Shown: piece by piece, positions 11,599 to 20,424 of the stretch
Position numbering within the stretch: the stretch's first letter is position 1
How the letters are laid out: every line of letters starts with the position of its first letter
Assembly (NCBI GenBank): GCA_022763805.1
Contig: JALERC010000085.1
Location: 1-48,380, forward strand
Source of the DNA: Mycoplasmatota bacterium
GTDB taxonomy: Bacteria > Bacillota_I > Bacilli_A > RF39 > UBA660
Direction: 5' to 3'
DNA length: 48,380 bases
Translations under genes and position numbers: made by a program
Notes under the pieces: generated by a model
The model's input: the letters and a program-made list of their open reading frames with translations, nothing else
The model's database searches: none
Told to the model about the DNA's origin: nothing

Positions 11599-12303
11599 GT
11601 GCAAAGATATTTTTCAAATGAATTAAAAAATAACATTTTTACGATAAATAATGATGATATGTATCATATAATTAAAGTGATGAGAATGAAACCAAATGAT
11701 AAAATTGAAGTTGTTTACAATCACTCAACATATTTATGTGAGTTAAATGAAAATTATGAAGCAGTATTAAAAGATATCTTAGAAAATAATAAATCAAATG
11801 ATATCAAAAGGGTTTTAATTATTCCATTATTAAAAGAACAAAAAATGGATCTAATACTACAAAAAGCTACAGAACTTGGAGTAGATGAAATAATACCTGT
11901 TAATATGGAAAGAAGTATTATTAAATTAGATGAATCTAAAATGGAAAAGAAAATTGAAAGATGGACTAAAATAATGAAAGAAGCTAGTGAACAATCAAAA
12001 AGAACAGATATTCCATGTATAACTAAAGTTAAAAAATTAAGTGATTTAAAAGAAATAGACGGAATTAAAATGATTTGTAGTACCAGTGAAAAGAATTACA
12101 CATTTAAAAAATTTTTGACCGACAATAGAAATTATGATAAAATAAATATAGTAATTGGACCAGAGGGAGGAATATCTCCTAAAGAAGAAGAAAAATTAGA
12201 AAATTACGGATTTAAAAGAGTATCTTTAGGAAGTAAAATCATGAGGGTTGAAACAGTACCTATGTGTGTTTTAAGTATCCTAAATTATGAATATATGGAG
12301 TGA
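11599..12303 (+). CDS. rsmE: 16S rRNA m3U1498 methyltransferase
   Basis: MQRYF, HIIKVMRM, QKATELGV, EASEQSKR, IGPEGG and LGSKIMRVET (SPOUT fold). Confidence 0.95.
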   Translation: MQRYFSNELKNNIFTINNDDMYHIIKVMRMKPNDKIEVVYNHSTYLCELNENYEAVLKDILENNKSNDIKRVLIIPLLKEQKMDLILQKATELGVDEIIPVNMERSIIKLDESKMEKKIERWTKIMKEASEQSKRTDIPCITKVKKLSDLKEIDGIKMICSTSEKNYTFKKFLTDNRNYDKINIVIGPEGGISPKEEEKLENYGFKRVSLGSKIMRVETVPMCVLSILNYEYME

Positions 12304-13409
12304 TAATAATGTTGGAAAATTTATCCAAGACAGATTATATAATCCTATTTATTCTTGCTTTAATAATTTTTATTGCAGGAATTGTTTTAGTTGTCTTTAT
12401 TAAGAAAAGTAAAAAAACAACTGTACTTGATAAAGTTTTAGAAAACGAAGAACAAGAAGAACCAAAAAAAATAAAAAAAGCTGAAGTTGGAATGAAGTTA
12501 GCATGTGAAAACATTCCACCATTAGAAGAGAAAAAACCAGAAATTGGAATGAAGCTAGCTTGTGAAAACATTCCGCAATTAGAAGAAAAAAAAGAAAAAG
12601 TCAATATTGATAATGAAGAAGTTTTTAAAACAAAAGAAGAAATTACAAATGATTTTAGTTTAGTTCCAGTTGCTAATTTAGAAAAAAATGATGAAAAAGA
12701 AGAAGAAAAACAAATTGAATTAGAAGAGGTAAAACCTGTAGAATTAAACGAAACTAAAATAGAAGATATAGAAAGTGACCCTGATACAATGGAAGAACAA
12801 GTAATATATATTAATAATAACAATATTGAAAAAAATCAAGATGAAAAAAATAAAACAAATATTGATGAAATATTAAAAGCTATGCAAGTAGATTTAGAGA
12901 AAGAAAAATATGCGACAATTGATCAATATGAGGAAGAACAAGAAGAAGAGGCTGTAATTAGTTACCAAGAACTAAGAAAAAAAATGCAACAAAAAGAAGA
13001 AGAAGTTAAAGCAAAACTAATGAAAGATGCTATGAAAAAAATGGAAGAACAAAAACCAATATATGAGGATATTGAAAGTATTCCATCTTATTCAAATGAT
13101 GATTTTTTTGATATACTTGATAAAAATGAAAATGCTAATAAAGTTAGAACTGAAGATGATTTATATAATAACTATCGTGAAAGTATAAAAGATTCATACA
13201 TTTTCGAAAAAAGAAAAAAAGAAAATGTTGATAAACAAAAAAATAATGAATTTATATCTCCTGTATTTGGAAGACAAGAATTTACTGGAGAATATAGAAA
13301 TATTGAGAAACCTAAAAAAGAAGTTAAGCGTCAAAGAGAAAAACTTCATGACTTAGATGAAACTGATGCATTTTTAAACACCTTAAAGGAATTTAGAAAT
13401 AATCTATAA
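12300..13409 (+). CDS. Membrane-anchored acidic, largely low-complexity hypothetical protein
   Basis: Single N-terminal TM helix, Glu/Lys-rich body, internal 19-aa repeat, C-terminal FISPVFG motif and amphipathic AFLNTLKEFRNNL end. Confidence 0.7.
   Translation: MIIMLENLSKTDYIILFILALIIFIAGIVLVVFIKKSKKTTVLDKVLENEEQEEPKKIKKAEVGMKLACENIPPLEEKKPEIGMKLACENIPQLEEKKEKVNIDNEEVFKTKEEITNDFSLVPVANLEKNDEKEEEKQIELEEVKPVELNETKIEDIESDPDTMEEQVIYINNNNIEKNQDEKNKTNIDEILKAMQVDLEKEKYATIDQYEEEQEEEAVISYQELRKKMQQKEEEVKAKLMKDAMKKMEEQKPIYEDIESIPSYSNDDFFDILDKNENANKVRTEDDLYNNYRESIKDSYIFEKRKKENVDKQKNNEFISPVFGRQEFTGEYRNIEKPKKEVKRQREKLHDLDETDAFLNTLKEFRNNL
12483..12596 (+). repeat. Two tandem 57-bp in-frame repeats (E[VI]GMKLACENIP[PQ]LEEKK[PE])
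   Basis: Copies at 12483-12539 and 12540-12596 read directly from the sequence. Confidence 0.9.
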
Positions 13410-13443
13410 ACCTTTAAGGTTTATTTTTGAAAGGGATGTTAAT

Positions 13444-14709
13444 ATGAAATTTTTAATAAATACATTAGGATGTAAAGTTAATACTTATGAAAGCAATGTT
13501 ATAAGAGACATCTTTTTAAATGAAGGATATGAAGAATCAAATAGTAATGTTGATATTGCTGTTATAAATACATGTACAGTTACAAACACAAGTGATTCTA
13601 AATCTTTAAAAGTAATTAAACATACAATAAAAAATAATCCAAATGCTATTGTTATAGTATGTGGTTGTTTTTCACAAATTAATCCTGATAGATTAAAAGA
13701 TATGGAAGGAGTTTCCATAGTACTTGGAAATTATAATAAAAGTAAAATTATGGATTATATAAGCCAATATAAAAAAGATAAAAAACAAATTATTGATGTT
13801 AGAGAATTAAATGATGAAAAATTTGAATGTATGAAATTAAATAATTTTAATAAAACAAGAGCTTTTGTAAAAATTGAAGATGGATGTGAAAATTTTTGTT
13901 CATATTGTATAATACCTTATTCGAGAGGAAAAGTAAGAAGCAAACTTATGGAAGAGGTATTAGATGAAATAAATACATTAGTAAATAACGGACATAGAGA
14001 AATAGTACTTACAGGAATTCATACAGGACATTATGGGGCTGATATTAAAGAATATGACTTTTCAGATTTATTAAATGAAATATGTAAAATAAAAGGTCTT
14101 GAAAGATTAAGAATATCTTCAATAGAAATTACTGAATTAGACGATAAGTTTTTAGAAACATTAAAAAATAATAAAATAATAGTAGATCATATGCATATTC
14201 CATTACAATCAGGATGCGATAAAACATTAAAAGAAATGAATAGAAAATATGATGTTGCATATTTTAAAGATAAAATTAAAAAGATTAGAAGTATTAGACC
14301 AAATATTTCTATAACTACTGATGTAATTGTAGGTTTTCCTAATGAAACAGAAGATGATTTTAATACAACTGTTAATACTATAAAAGAAATTAAATTTACT
14401 AAATTACATGTTTTTCCATTTTCTGTAAGAAAGGGAACTGTTGCAGAAACTATGGAAAACCAAATTGATGAAAAAACAAAAAAAGAAAGAGTTCATATTC
14501 TTATGAATATTTCAAAAGAATTAGAATTAGATTATATTAATAAATTTGTTGGTTGTGAAGTAGAATTTATTCCTGAAGTATCAAAAGATGGATATATTAT
14601 AGGACATACAGGAAATTATTTACAAATAAAATCAAAAATTAAATCTAATGGTCATGAAACAATAAAGACAACAATTAAAAGTATAGAATATCCATATTGT
14701 ATGGATTAG
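13444..14709 (+). CDS. mtaB: tRNA t6A37 methylthiotransferase (radical SAM)
   Basis: TLGCKVNTYES, INTCTVT, radical SAM CENFCSYC, EIVLTGIHTG and HIPLQSG. Confidence 0.95.
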   Translation: MKFLINTLGCKVNTYESNVIRDIFLNEGYEESNSNVDIAVINTCTVTNTSDSKSLKVIKHTIKNNPNAIVIVCGCFSQINPDRLKDMEGVSIVLGNYNKSKIMDYISQYKKDKKQIIDVRELNDEKFECMKLNNFNKTRAFVKIEDGCENFCSYCIIPYSRGKVRSKLMEEVLDEINTLVNNGHREIVLTGIHTGHYGADIKEYDFSDLLNEICKIKGLERLRISSIEITELDDKFLETLKNNKIIVDHMHIPLQSGCDKTLKEMNRKYDVAYFKDKIKKIRSIRPNISITTDVIVGFPNETEDDFNTTVNTIKEIKFTKLHVFPFSVRKGTVAETMENQIDEKTKKERVHILMNISKELELDYINKFVGCEVEFIPEVSKDGYIIGHTGNYLQIKSKIKSNGHETIKTTIKSIEYPYCMD

Positions 14710-14719
14710 TAAAAAGTAG

Positions 14720-16948
14720 GTGAATGTAATGGATAAATATATTAAAGGAGTATACAAAAAAGAAATATTTTCAACTGATAAAGGATTTATTATAGGTCTT
14801 TTTAGAATAAAAGATACTAATGATGAATCAATGAAAGATTATGTCAATAAAACAGTTACATTCACAGGGAACCTACCTAAATTAAATTTTGATGAAACAT
14901 ATTTATTTTATGGTAATCCAGTAAAACATCCTAGATTTGGTTTTCAATATGAAGTTTCAAAATGTGAAAGAATTAAACCAGAAGATAAAGACGGGGTAAT
15001 TGAATTTTTGTCAAGTGATTTATTTCCAGGTGTTGGACAGAAGATCGCCACATCAATTGTTGAAACACTAGGTATTAATGCCTTAGAACTTATTATGAGT
15101 GATTATACTGTATTATTAAATGTACCTAAACTGACAAGTAAAAAAGCTGCTAAAATATATGATAATTTAATTAAATATGAAGAAAGTCATAATATAATTG
15201 TCTATTTATCAGAATTAGGTTTTGCAATAAAAGATTGTATGCTGATTTATAATAAATATAAATCTAAAACTAAAAATGTTATAGAAGAAAATATATATAA
15301 ATTAATTGATGATATAGATGAGTTATCATTTAGTAAAGTTGATGAAGTAGCACTTAAATATGGTATTAATCCTATGGATGAATATAGAATTAAAGCTGTT
15401 ATTATATATATTATGAACAAACTTACATATAATAATGGTGATACATATTTAGAGTTAATAAATATTATTAAAGAAACAGAAAAATTTTTAAAAACGAGTT
15501 TAAATAGTGATTATTTTGATCAATATATGTATGATTTAGAAAAAGAAGGAAAAATAATAAAATACAATAATGTTTATTATTTAAGTGATATATTTGTTGC
15601 TGAAAATTATGTTGCTAAAAAAATAATTAATTTAGCATCTTTAGATAGAATTAAATATCCGAAAATGGATAACTATTTAGAACATTTACAAAAAATTTCT
15701 GGAATTAAATATAATAAACAACAATTAGAAGCAATTCAAAAATCATTAGAAAACCATATTTTAATTATTACTGGAGGACCAGGAACAGGAAAAACTACTA
15801 TTATAAAAGCAATTGTTGAAATGTATTCGCAATTACATAACATGAATTATGGGAAAGTAACTGAGGCCATAAAACTTTTAGCACCTACAGGAAGAGCATC
15901 AAAACGTATGAGCGAATCAACAGGTCTTCCAGCATCAACAATACATAGATTTTTAAAATGGAATAAAGAAACAAATAAATTTGCTGTAGATGAAGAAAAT
16001 AAAGATCAATCAAAATTATTTATTGTTGATGAAGCTAGTATGATAGATATAAAACTTTTAGAAAGTTTATTTAGAGGAATAGAAGATGATATTCAGTTTA
16101 TATTTGTTGGGGATTATCACCAACTTCCAAGTGTAGGTCCAGGTCAAGTTTTAAAAGATTTAATAAATAGTAATATAATAGACACAGTATTTTTAAATCA
16201 CTTATATAGACAGGATGAAGATTCCTATATAAATAAACTCGCATTAGAAATAAAAGATAATTGCTTATCAGAAAATTTTATGGATGCAAAAAGTGATTTT
16301 CAATTTTTACCTTGTAATGGAATAAGCATCAAAGAAAATCTTAAAAAATTATGTGTTCAAGTTAAAAATAAAGGATATGATTATAAAAGATTACAGATTA
16401 TGGCACCAATGTATAGAGGTGAAAATGGAATAGATAATTTAAATATAGAATTACAATCTGTTTTTAATCCGCCTTCAAAACTAAAAAAAGAAATCAAATA
16501 TGGAGATGTTACATATAGAGTTGGAGATAAAGTTTTACAACTTGTAAATCAACCAGATGATAATATATTTAATGGCGATATTGGAATCATACAAAAAATA
16601 ATTGATTCGAATAAATCTGAAAGCGGAAAAAATGAAATAGTAATTAATTATGATGATAATGAGGTAACATTTACACAAACAGACTTTAATAAGTTTAAAC
16701 ATGCATATATTATAAGTATTCATAAATCGCAAGGTAGTGAATTTGAATTAGTAATACTTCCAATATGTTCATCATATAAAAGAATGTTATATAGAAAACT
16801 ATTATATACTGCCGTAACACGAGCTAAAAGGAAACTGATTGTAATTGGTGAACCACCTGCATTTATAAGTTGTGTAGATAATAATAATGAATATATAAGA
16901 AATACATCTTTGGTTGAAAAAATAAATGAAATCATAAATAATAATTAA
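14720..16948 (+). CDS. recD2: RecD2-like ATP-dependent DNA helicase
   Basis: HPRFGFQ, HhH-like FPGVGQKIA, TGGPGTGKTT, LAPTGRASK, DEASM, GDYHQLPSVG, SIHKSQGSEF and YTAVTRAK. Start may be ATG 14729. Confidence 0.95.
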   Translation: MNVMDKYIKGVYKKEIFSTDKGFIIGLFRIKDTNDESMKDYVNKTVTFTGNLPKLNFDETYLFYGNPVKHPRFGFQYEVSKCERIKPEDKDGVIEFLSSDLFPGVGQKIATSIVETLGINALELIMSDYTVLLNVPKLTSKKAAKIYDNLIKYEESHNIIVYLSELGFAIKDCMLIYNKYKSKTKNVIEENIYKLIDDIDELSFSKVDEVALKYGINPMDEYRIKAVIIYIMNKLTYNNGDTYLELINIIKETEKFLKTSLNSDYFDQYMYDLEKEGKIIKYNNVYYLSDIFVAENYVAKKIINLASLDRIKYPKMDNYLEHLQKISGIKYNKQQLEAIQKSLENHILIITGGPGTGKTTIIKAIVEMYSQLHNMNYGKVTEAIKLLAPTGRASKRMSESTGLPASTIHRFLKWNKETNKFAVDEENKDQSKLFIVDEASMIDIKLLESLFRGIEDDIQFIFVGDYHQLPSVGPGQVLKDLINSNIIDTVFLNHLYRQDEDSYINKLALEIKDNCLSENFMDAKSDFQFLPCNGISIKENLKKLCVQVKNKGYDYKRLQIMAPMYRGENGIDNLNIELQSVFNPPSKLKKEIKYGDVTYRVGDKVLQLVNQPDDNIFNGDIGIIQKIIDSNKSESGKNEIVINYDDNEVTFTQTDFNKFKHAYIISIHKSQGSEFELVILPICSSYKRMLYRKLLYTAVTRAKRKLIVIGEPPAFISCVDNNNEYIRNTSLVEKINEIINNN

Positions 16949-17013
16949 ATTATTCTTTTAAAATGTATAATTACTTAAATATTGTTAAAAATATCTAACA
17001 TAGAGGTGATTAT

Positions 17014-17172
17014 ATGAGAGCATTAAAAGATGCAATGTTCATTTCTTTAGGTGTAGTAGGCACACTAGCATATCAAAAATACGGATGTAAAATGAAAGAT
17101 GTAATGGAAGATATGTTAGAAAATAAAATAGATATGCTTAAAAAAATGGACGATAAATTAGAAGAGATGTAA
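17014..17172 (+). CDS. 52-aa small membrane-anchored protein (loosely YtxH-like), absent from ORF track
   Basis: RBS GAGGTG then ATG. MRALKDAMFISLGVVGTLAYQKYGCKMKDVMEDMLENKIDMLKKMDDKLEEM*. Followed by its own terminator. Confidence 0.8.
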   Translation: MRALKDAMFISLGVVGTLAYQKYGCKMKDVMEDMLENKIDMLKKMDDKLEEM

Positions 17173-17173
17173 G

Positions 17174-17200
17174 AAAAGAACAAAAAAGTTCTTTTTTTTT
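17174..17200 (+). terminator. Intrinsic terminator
   Basis: AAAAGAAC-AAAAAA-GTTCTTTT plus T run. Confidence 0.7.
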
Positions 17201-17259
17201 CATAATTAAAAGGAAATAGTGTACTTCACATCGTAAGATATAAGTGAGGAGGTGAGAGA

Positions 17260-19305
17260 GTGAGAAAAAAATATCCCTTTACAAAACAAGAAGGACTTAA
17301 AGATTGTGCAGCAGCATGTATGCAAATGATCATAAAATATTACAATGGATATATAAGTATTAACGACTTAAATGAAATGCTAGAAACTACAAAAGAAGGA
17401 GTTAGTGCTTTTAAAATAATTGAAGTATCAAATAAAATCGGTTTTAAAGCAACAGGAATTAGACTAAATCTTTTAGAATTAACTAAATCAGTTACACTTC
17501 CAGTAATAGCTCATGTTGTAATAAATAATTATAATCATTATATAGTAGTATACAAAATTGATTCATTTAAAAAATCAGTCATAATTGCTGATCCCCAATC
17601 GAAAATAAAAACAATAAGCTTTAAAGAATTTGAATCAATTTGGACTAATGTAATAATTAACTTGTATCCAGTAAAGCCAATAGAACATAGAAATTACGAA
17701 AAACATTTAAATTACAAAAATATAATCCTTAAAAACAAAAAAACAATATTTCAATTATGTTATATCAGTTTTATATATATGATTCTATCTATTGTTGCTT
17801 CTTTCTATATGAAATATGTTTTTGACAATTATTTATCAAATTTTCACTTAATTTTTACAGTTTTTATCCTATTCATAATTATCAATTTATATAAAATATT
17901 TACAAACCTTATTCGGACTAAAATATTAATTGATTTAAACAAAAACATAGACATAGATTTAAGTTTAGATATTTTTTCAAAAATTCTATCACTTCCGTAT
18001 GGTTATTACCGAAATAAAACTACCGGTGAAATTATTACACGTTATACTGAACTTAGCAAAATAAGAGAAACTATAAGTAAAGTTTTATTAACATTATTCT
18101 TAGATTTACCATTATGTATTACATCACTAATAATTATGTATTTTTTAAATAGTAAATTAACTATGATATCATTAATAGCAGTATTATTATATACAATTAT
18201 AGTAATAGTATATAATAGAATTTTAAATGACACTATTTTAGAAGCACAAATAAAAAAAGCTGAAATGAATACTGTATTAATAGAAAGTATTAATGGTTTT
18301 GAAACAATAAAAGGTTTAAATTTATATGATTATATAAACCTAAAATTCGAAAACAAATATATTAAATATCTTAAAAATGTTATTAAAATTGATAGTATAT
18401 TAAATATAAAAGAGAACTTAAAAGAAATAGTAAATCAACTAATAGAAATGATAATTATATTTACAGGTGTAATATATGTAAGAAGTGAAACAATAACAAT
18501 TGGTACATTAATGACATACAACTCAATCTTAGTATTTTTTCTAGCCCCTATAAGAAATTTATTAAGTTTGGATAACTCAATAATTGAATCAAAAAGAATA
18601 GTAAAAAGAGTAAATGAAATGTTAAAAAAAGAAGAAAATGTAAAAAAAATAAACATTGTTTATAGTGATATTCTTATAAAGAGTCTAAGTTTTAAGCAAA
18701 ATGAAAAAATAATATTAAACAAAATAAACTTACATATTAGTAAAGGTGAAAAAGTAATAATAACCGGTAAATCAGGAAGTGGTAAATCAACCCTTTTAAA
18801 AATACTAATGAATTATTATAATGACTATCAAGGTGAAATAAAAATAAATGGAATAAATATCAAATCCATTAATTTAAAAAATGTATATATATCGCAAAAT
18901 GAAACCCTTTTCACAGATACAATTTATAATAATATAGTATTAGGTAATAACGATTCTAATTTTTCAGAAGTAGTTAAAATGTGTTATGTAGATGAAATAA
19001 TAAATTCAAATCTAGGATATAATCAAATTATAGAAGAAAATGGATTTAATATCTCTGGAGGACAAAAACAGAGAATTATACTTGCTAGATCAATTATTAA
19101 TGAATTTGATTTATTATTAATTGATGAAGGTTTAAATCAAATTGATGTAGAATTAGAAAGAAAAATTTTAAAAAATTTATTTAATAAATTCCATGACAAA
19201 ACAATAATTATAGTATCCCACAGACTTGAAAATATGGATTTATATGATAAATTAATAAAACTAGAAAATGGAAAAGTAAAAGAGTGTGTTAAAAGAAATG
19301 ATTAA
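17260..19305 (+). CDS. Peptidase C39-containing ABC transporter (PCAT; double-glycine peptide maturation and export)
   Basis: C39 domain QEGLKDCAAAC...NHYIVV...ADP, TM domain, Walker A GKSGSGKST, ISGGQKQ, LIDE and VSHR. GGAGGTG RBS, GTG start. Confidence 0.95.
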   Translation: MRKKYPFTKQEGLKDCAAACMQMIIKYYNGYISINDLNEMLETTKEGVSAFKIIEVSNKIGFKATGIRLNLLELTKSVTLPVIAHVVINNYNHYIVVYKIDSFKKSVIIADPQSKIKTISFKEFESIWTNVIINLYPVKPIEHRNYEKHLNYKNIILKNKKTIFQLCYISFIYMILSIVASFYMKYVFDNYLSNFHLIFTVFILFIIINLYKIFTNLIRTKILIDLNKNIDIDLSLDIFSKILSLPYGYYRNKTTGEIITRYTELSKIRETISKVLLTLFLDLPLCITSLIIMYFLNSKLTMISLIAVLLYTIIVIVYNRILNDTILEAQIKKAEMNTVLIESINGFETIKGLNLYDYINLKFENKYIKYLKNVIKIDSILNIKENLKEIVNQLIEMIIIFTGVIYVRSETITIGTLMTYNSILVFFLAPIRNLLSLDNSIIESKRIVKRVNEMLKKEENVKKINIVYSDILIKSLSFKQNEKIILNKINLHISKGEKVIITGKSGSGKSTLLKILMNYYNDYQGEIKINGINIKSINLKNVYISQNETLFTDTIYNNIVLGNNDSNFSEVVKMCYVDEIINSNLGYNQIIEENGFNISGGQKQRIILARSIINEFDLLLIDEGLNQIDVELERKILKNLFNKFHDKTIIIVSHRLENMDLYDKLIKLENGKVKECVKRND

Positions 19306-19699
19306 CTATGATATTTTTAATAATACAAAAGAAGCAGTAAATAAATCTATTAATCTTAAATGTTTTCATCTAATATCAACAATTATTTTTGTAATAATAT
19401 TTCTAGTTATAGTAAAATTTAAAATTTATGTATCTAACGTTTTCCTTCATGAAACAAAAAAAGATGAAGACATATATCTAATACTTGATAATGAATTTAG
19501 AAACATTTATGTAAATGATATTAATTATAATGATAAAATTAGAAAACATACTAGTAGCAAAAATAAATATTACGTGACAATTTTTAATAACGGATTTGAA
19601 GATAATGAAAGAATAAAAATAAAAATAGAAGAAGAAACAACGATTATGAAATATTTAATTAATTATGTAAGAAAGGATCTGTTTAATGAAAGAACTTAA
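19286..19699 (+). CDS. Small single-TM accessory protein of the peptide exporter (miniature HlyD/ComB-like)
   Basis: Overlaps the PCAT stop. One TM helix. C-terminal IKIKIEEETTIMKYLINYV resembles membrane-fusion protein ends. Start may be ATG 19298. Confidence 0.55.
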   Translation: MLKEMINYDIFNNTKEAVNKSINLKCFHLISTIIFVIIFLVIVKFKIYVSNVFLHETKKDEDIYLILDNEFRNIYVNDINYNDKIRKHTSSKNKYYVTIFNNGFEDNERIKIKIEEETTIMKYLINYVRKDLFNERT

Positions 19700-19820
19700 T
19701 AAAAATGAATTAAAACAAGTAGTCGGAGGCGGGGCTGGCACTATATTAATAATTATTGCAGGAGTAGTATTTTTAATAGGTGTGATAGATGGTTATATGA
19801 GACCGCTTCCATGTAATTAA
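19686..19820 (+). CDS. Double-glycine leader peptide 1 (bacteriocin-like, class IIb candidate)
   Basis: MKELNKNELKQVVGG|GAGTILIIIAGVVFLIGVIDGYMRPLPCN*, 44 aa. RBS AAAGGA, canonical L-x3-EL-x2-V-x-GG leader, GxxxG motif. Confidence 0.9.
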   Translation: MKELNKNELKQVVGGGAGTILIIIAGVVFLIGVIDGYMRPLPCN

Positions 19821-19830
19821 GGAGGTATAT

Positions 19831-19995
19831 ATGAAATTAACAAACAAAGAATTAAAAAATATCAATGGCGGAGCAGCAGTATCTGGTTCTGTAATATCAG
19901 GTGTTGTAAGAGGAGTAAATACATTCCTAGACTTAGGTCGTGCACTTGGTTCTAGTTTAAGAAGACTTGGTAATGGATCTATATGTCCAATATAA
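19831..19995 (+). CDS. Double-glycine leader peptide 2 (bacteriocin-like, class IIb candidate)
   Basis: MKLTNKELKNINGG|AAVSGSVISGVVRGVNTFLDLGRALGSSLRRLGNGSICPI*, 54 aa. RBS AAGGAGG; GxxxG motifs GVVRG and GRALG. Confidence 0.9.
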   Translation: MKLTNKELKNINGGAAVSGSVISGVVRGVNTFLDLGRALGSSLRRLGNGSICPI

Positions 19996-20153
19996 AATCA
20001 ATACTTAAAGAGAACTATAAAAATATTATTATTGTTGCAGGTACTGTCATTATGCTACCAGTGATATCATTAATAACAGAAATTATATATCACTACGGAA
20101 CATATGTAGGAACATTTATAAGAAATATAGTTGAAAATGGAGCTTGTTTTTAG
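19983..20153 (+). CDS. 56-aa leaderless membrane peptide resembling the C-terminus of peptide 2 (candidate immunity protein)
   Basis: MSNIKSILKENYKNIIIVAGTVIMLPVISLITEIIYHYGTYVGTFIRNIVENGACF*. Overlaps the peptide 2 stop; weak GGA RBS. Three of four differences from its repeat copy are synonymous, which supports coding. Confidence 0.75.
   Translation: MSNIKSILKENYKNIIIVAGTVIMLPVISLITEIIYHYGTYVGTFIRNIVENGACF
20052..20153 (+). repeat. 102-bp direct repeat, copy 1 (3' part of the 56-aa gene)
   Basis: Matches 23896-23997 at 98/102 positions by manual comparison. Confidence 0.95.
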
Positions 20154-20189
20154 AAAATATAATTATAGAAATTAAGCGTCCGAAATGAT

Positions 20190-20268
20190 AAAAAAAGACA
20201 CATAAAATTACCTATAATAAAATGTAAGTGAATAAGCTTATATTGAAGGTAAAAATATGTGTTTTTTT
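20190..20268 (+). other. Long multi-stem hairpin enclosing TATAAT and sequestering an AAGGT..ATG
   Basis: Nested inverted repeats AAAAAAGACACATA/TATGTGTTTTTTT, TTACCT/AGGTAA and AATGTAAG/CTTATATT. Confidence 0.6.
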
Positions 20269-20337
20269 GATTACATACACAAACTACTAACTGTAATAAA
20301 ACTTGATGACATTTATTATTCTTATTTTGTAAATAGA

Positions 20338-20366
20338 TATACATTTATATATATTTATGATAAAAT
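20338..20366 (+). promoter_or_regulatory. Putative SigA promoter of the cassette operon
   Basis: TATACA (20338-43), 17 bp, TAAAAT (20361-66) with extended -10 TG. Confidence 0.45.
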
Positions 20367-20424
20367 TAAGATGAAGAATAGAACATTTTCAGGTAATAAG
20401 GAAAATATAATAGGAAGTAATAAT

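Noticed and set aside
17201-17245. Alternative-sigma promoter (GGAAAT...CGTAAGAT) for the peptide exporter operon
   Set aside because: Spacing fits neither the ECF nor the SigE consensus well enough to call.
19686-19995. Lanthipeptide or sactipeptide interpretation of the GG peptides
   Set aside because: No LanB/C/M or dedicated radical SAM maturase nearby (MtaB is a tRNA enzyme), and only one Cys per peptide.
20150-20344. 64-aa minus-strand ORF
   Set aside because: No RBS or motif; it overlaps the hairpin and promoter region.
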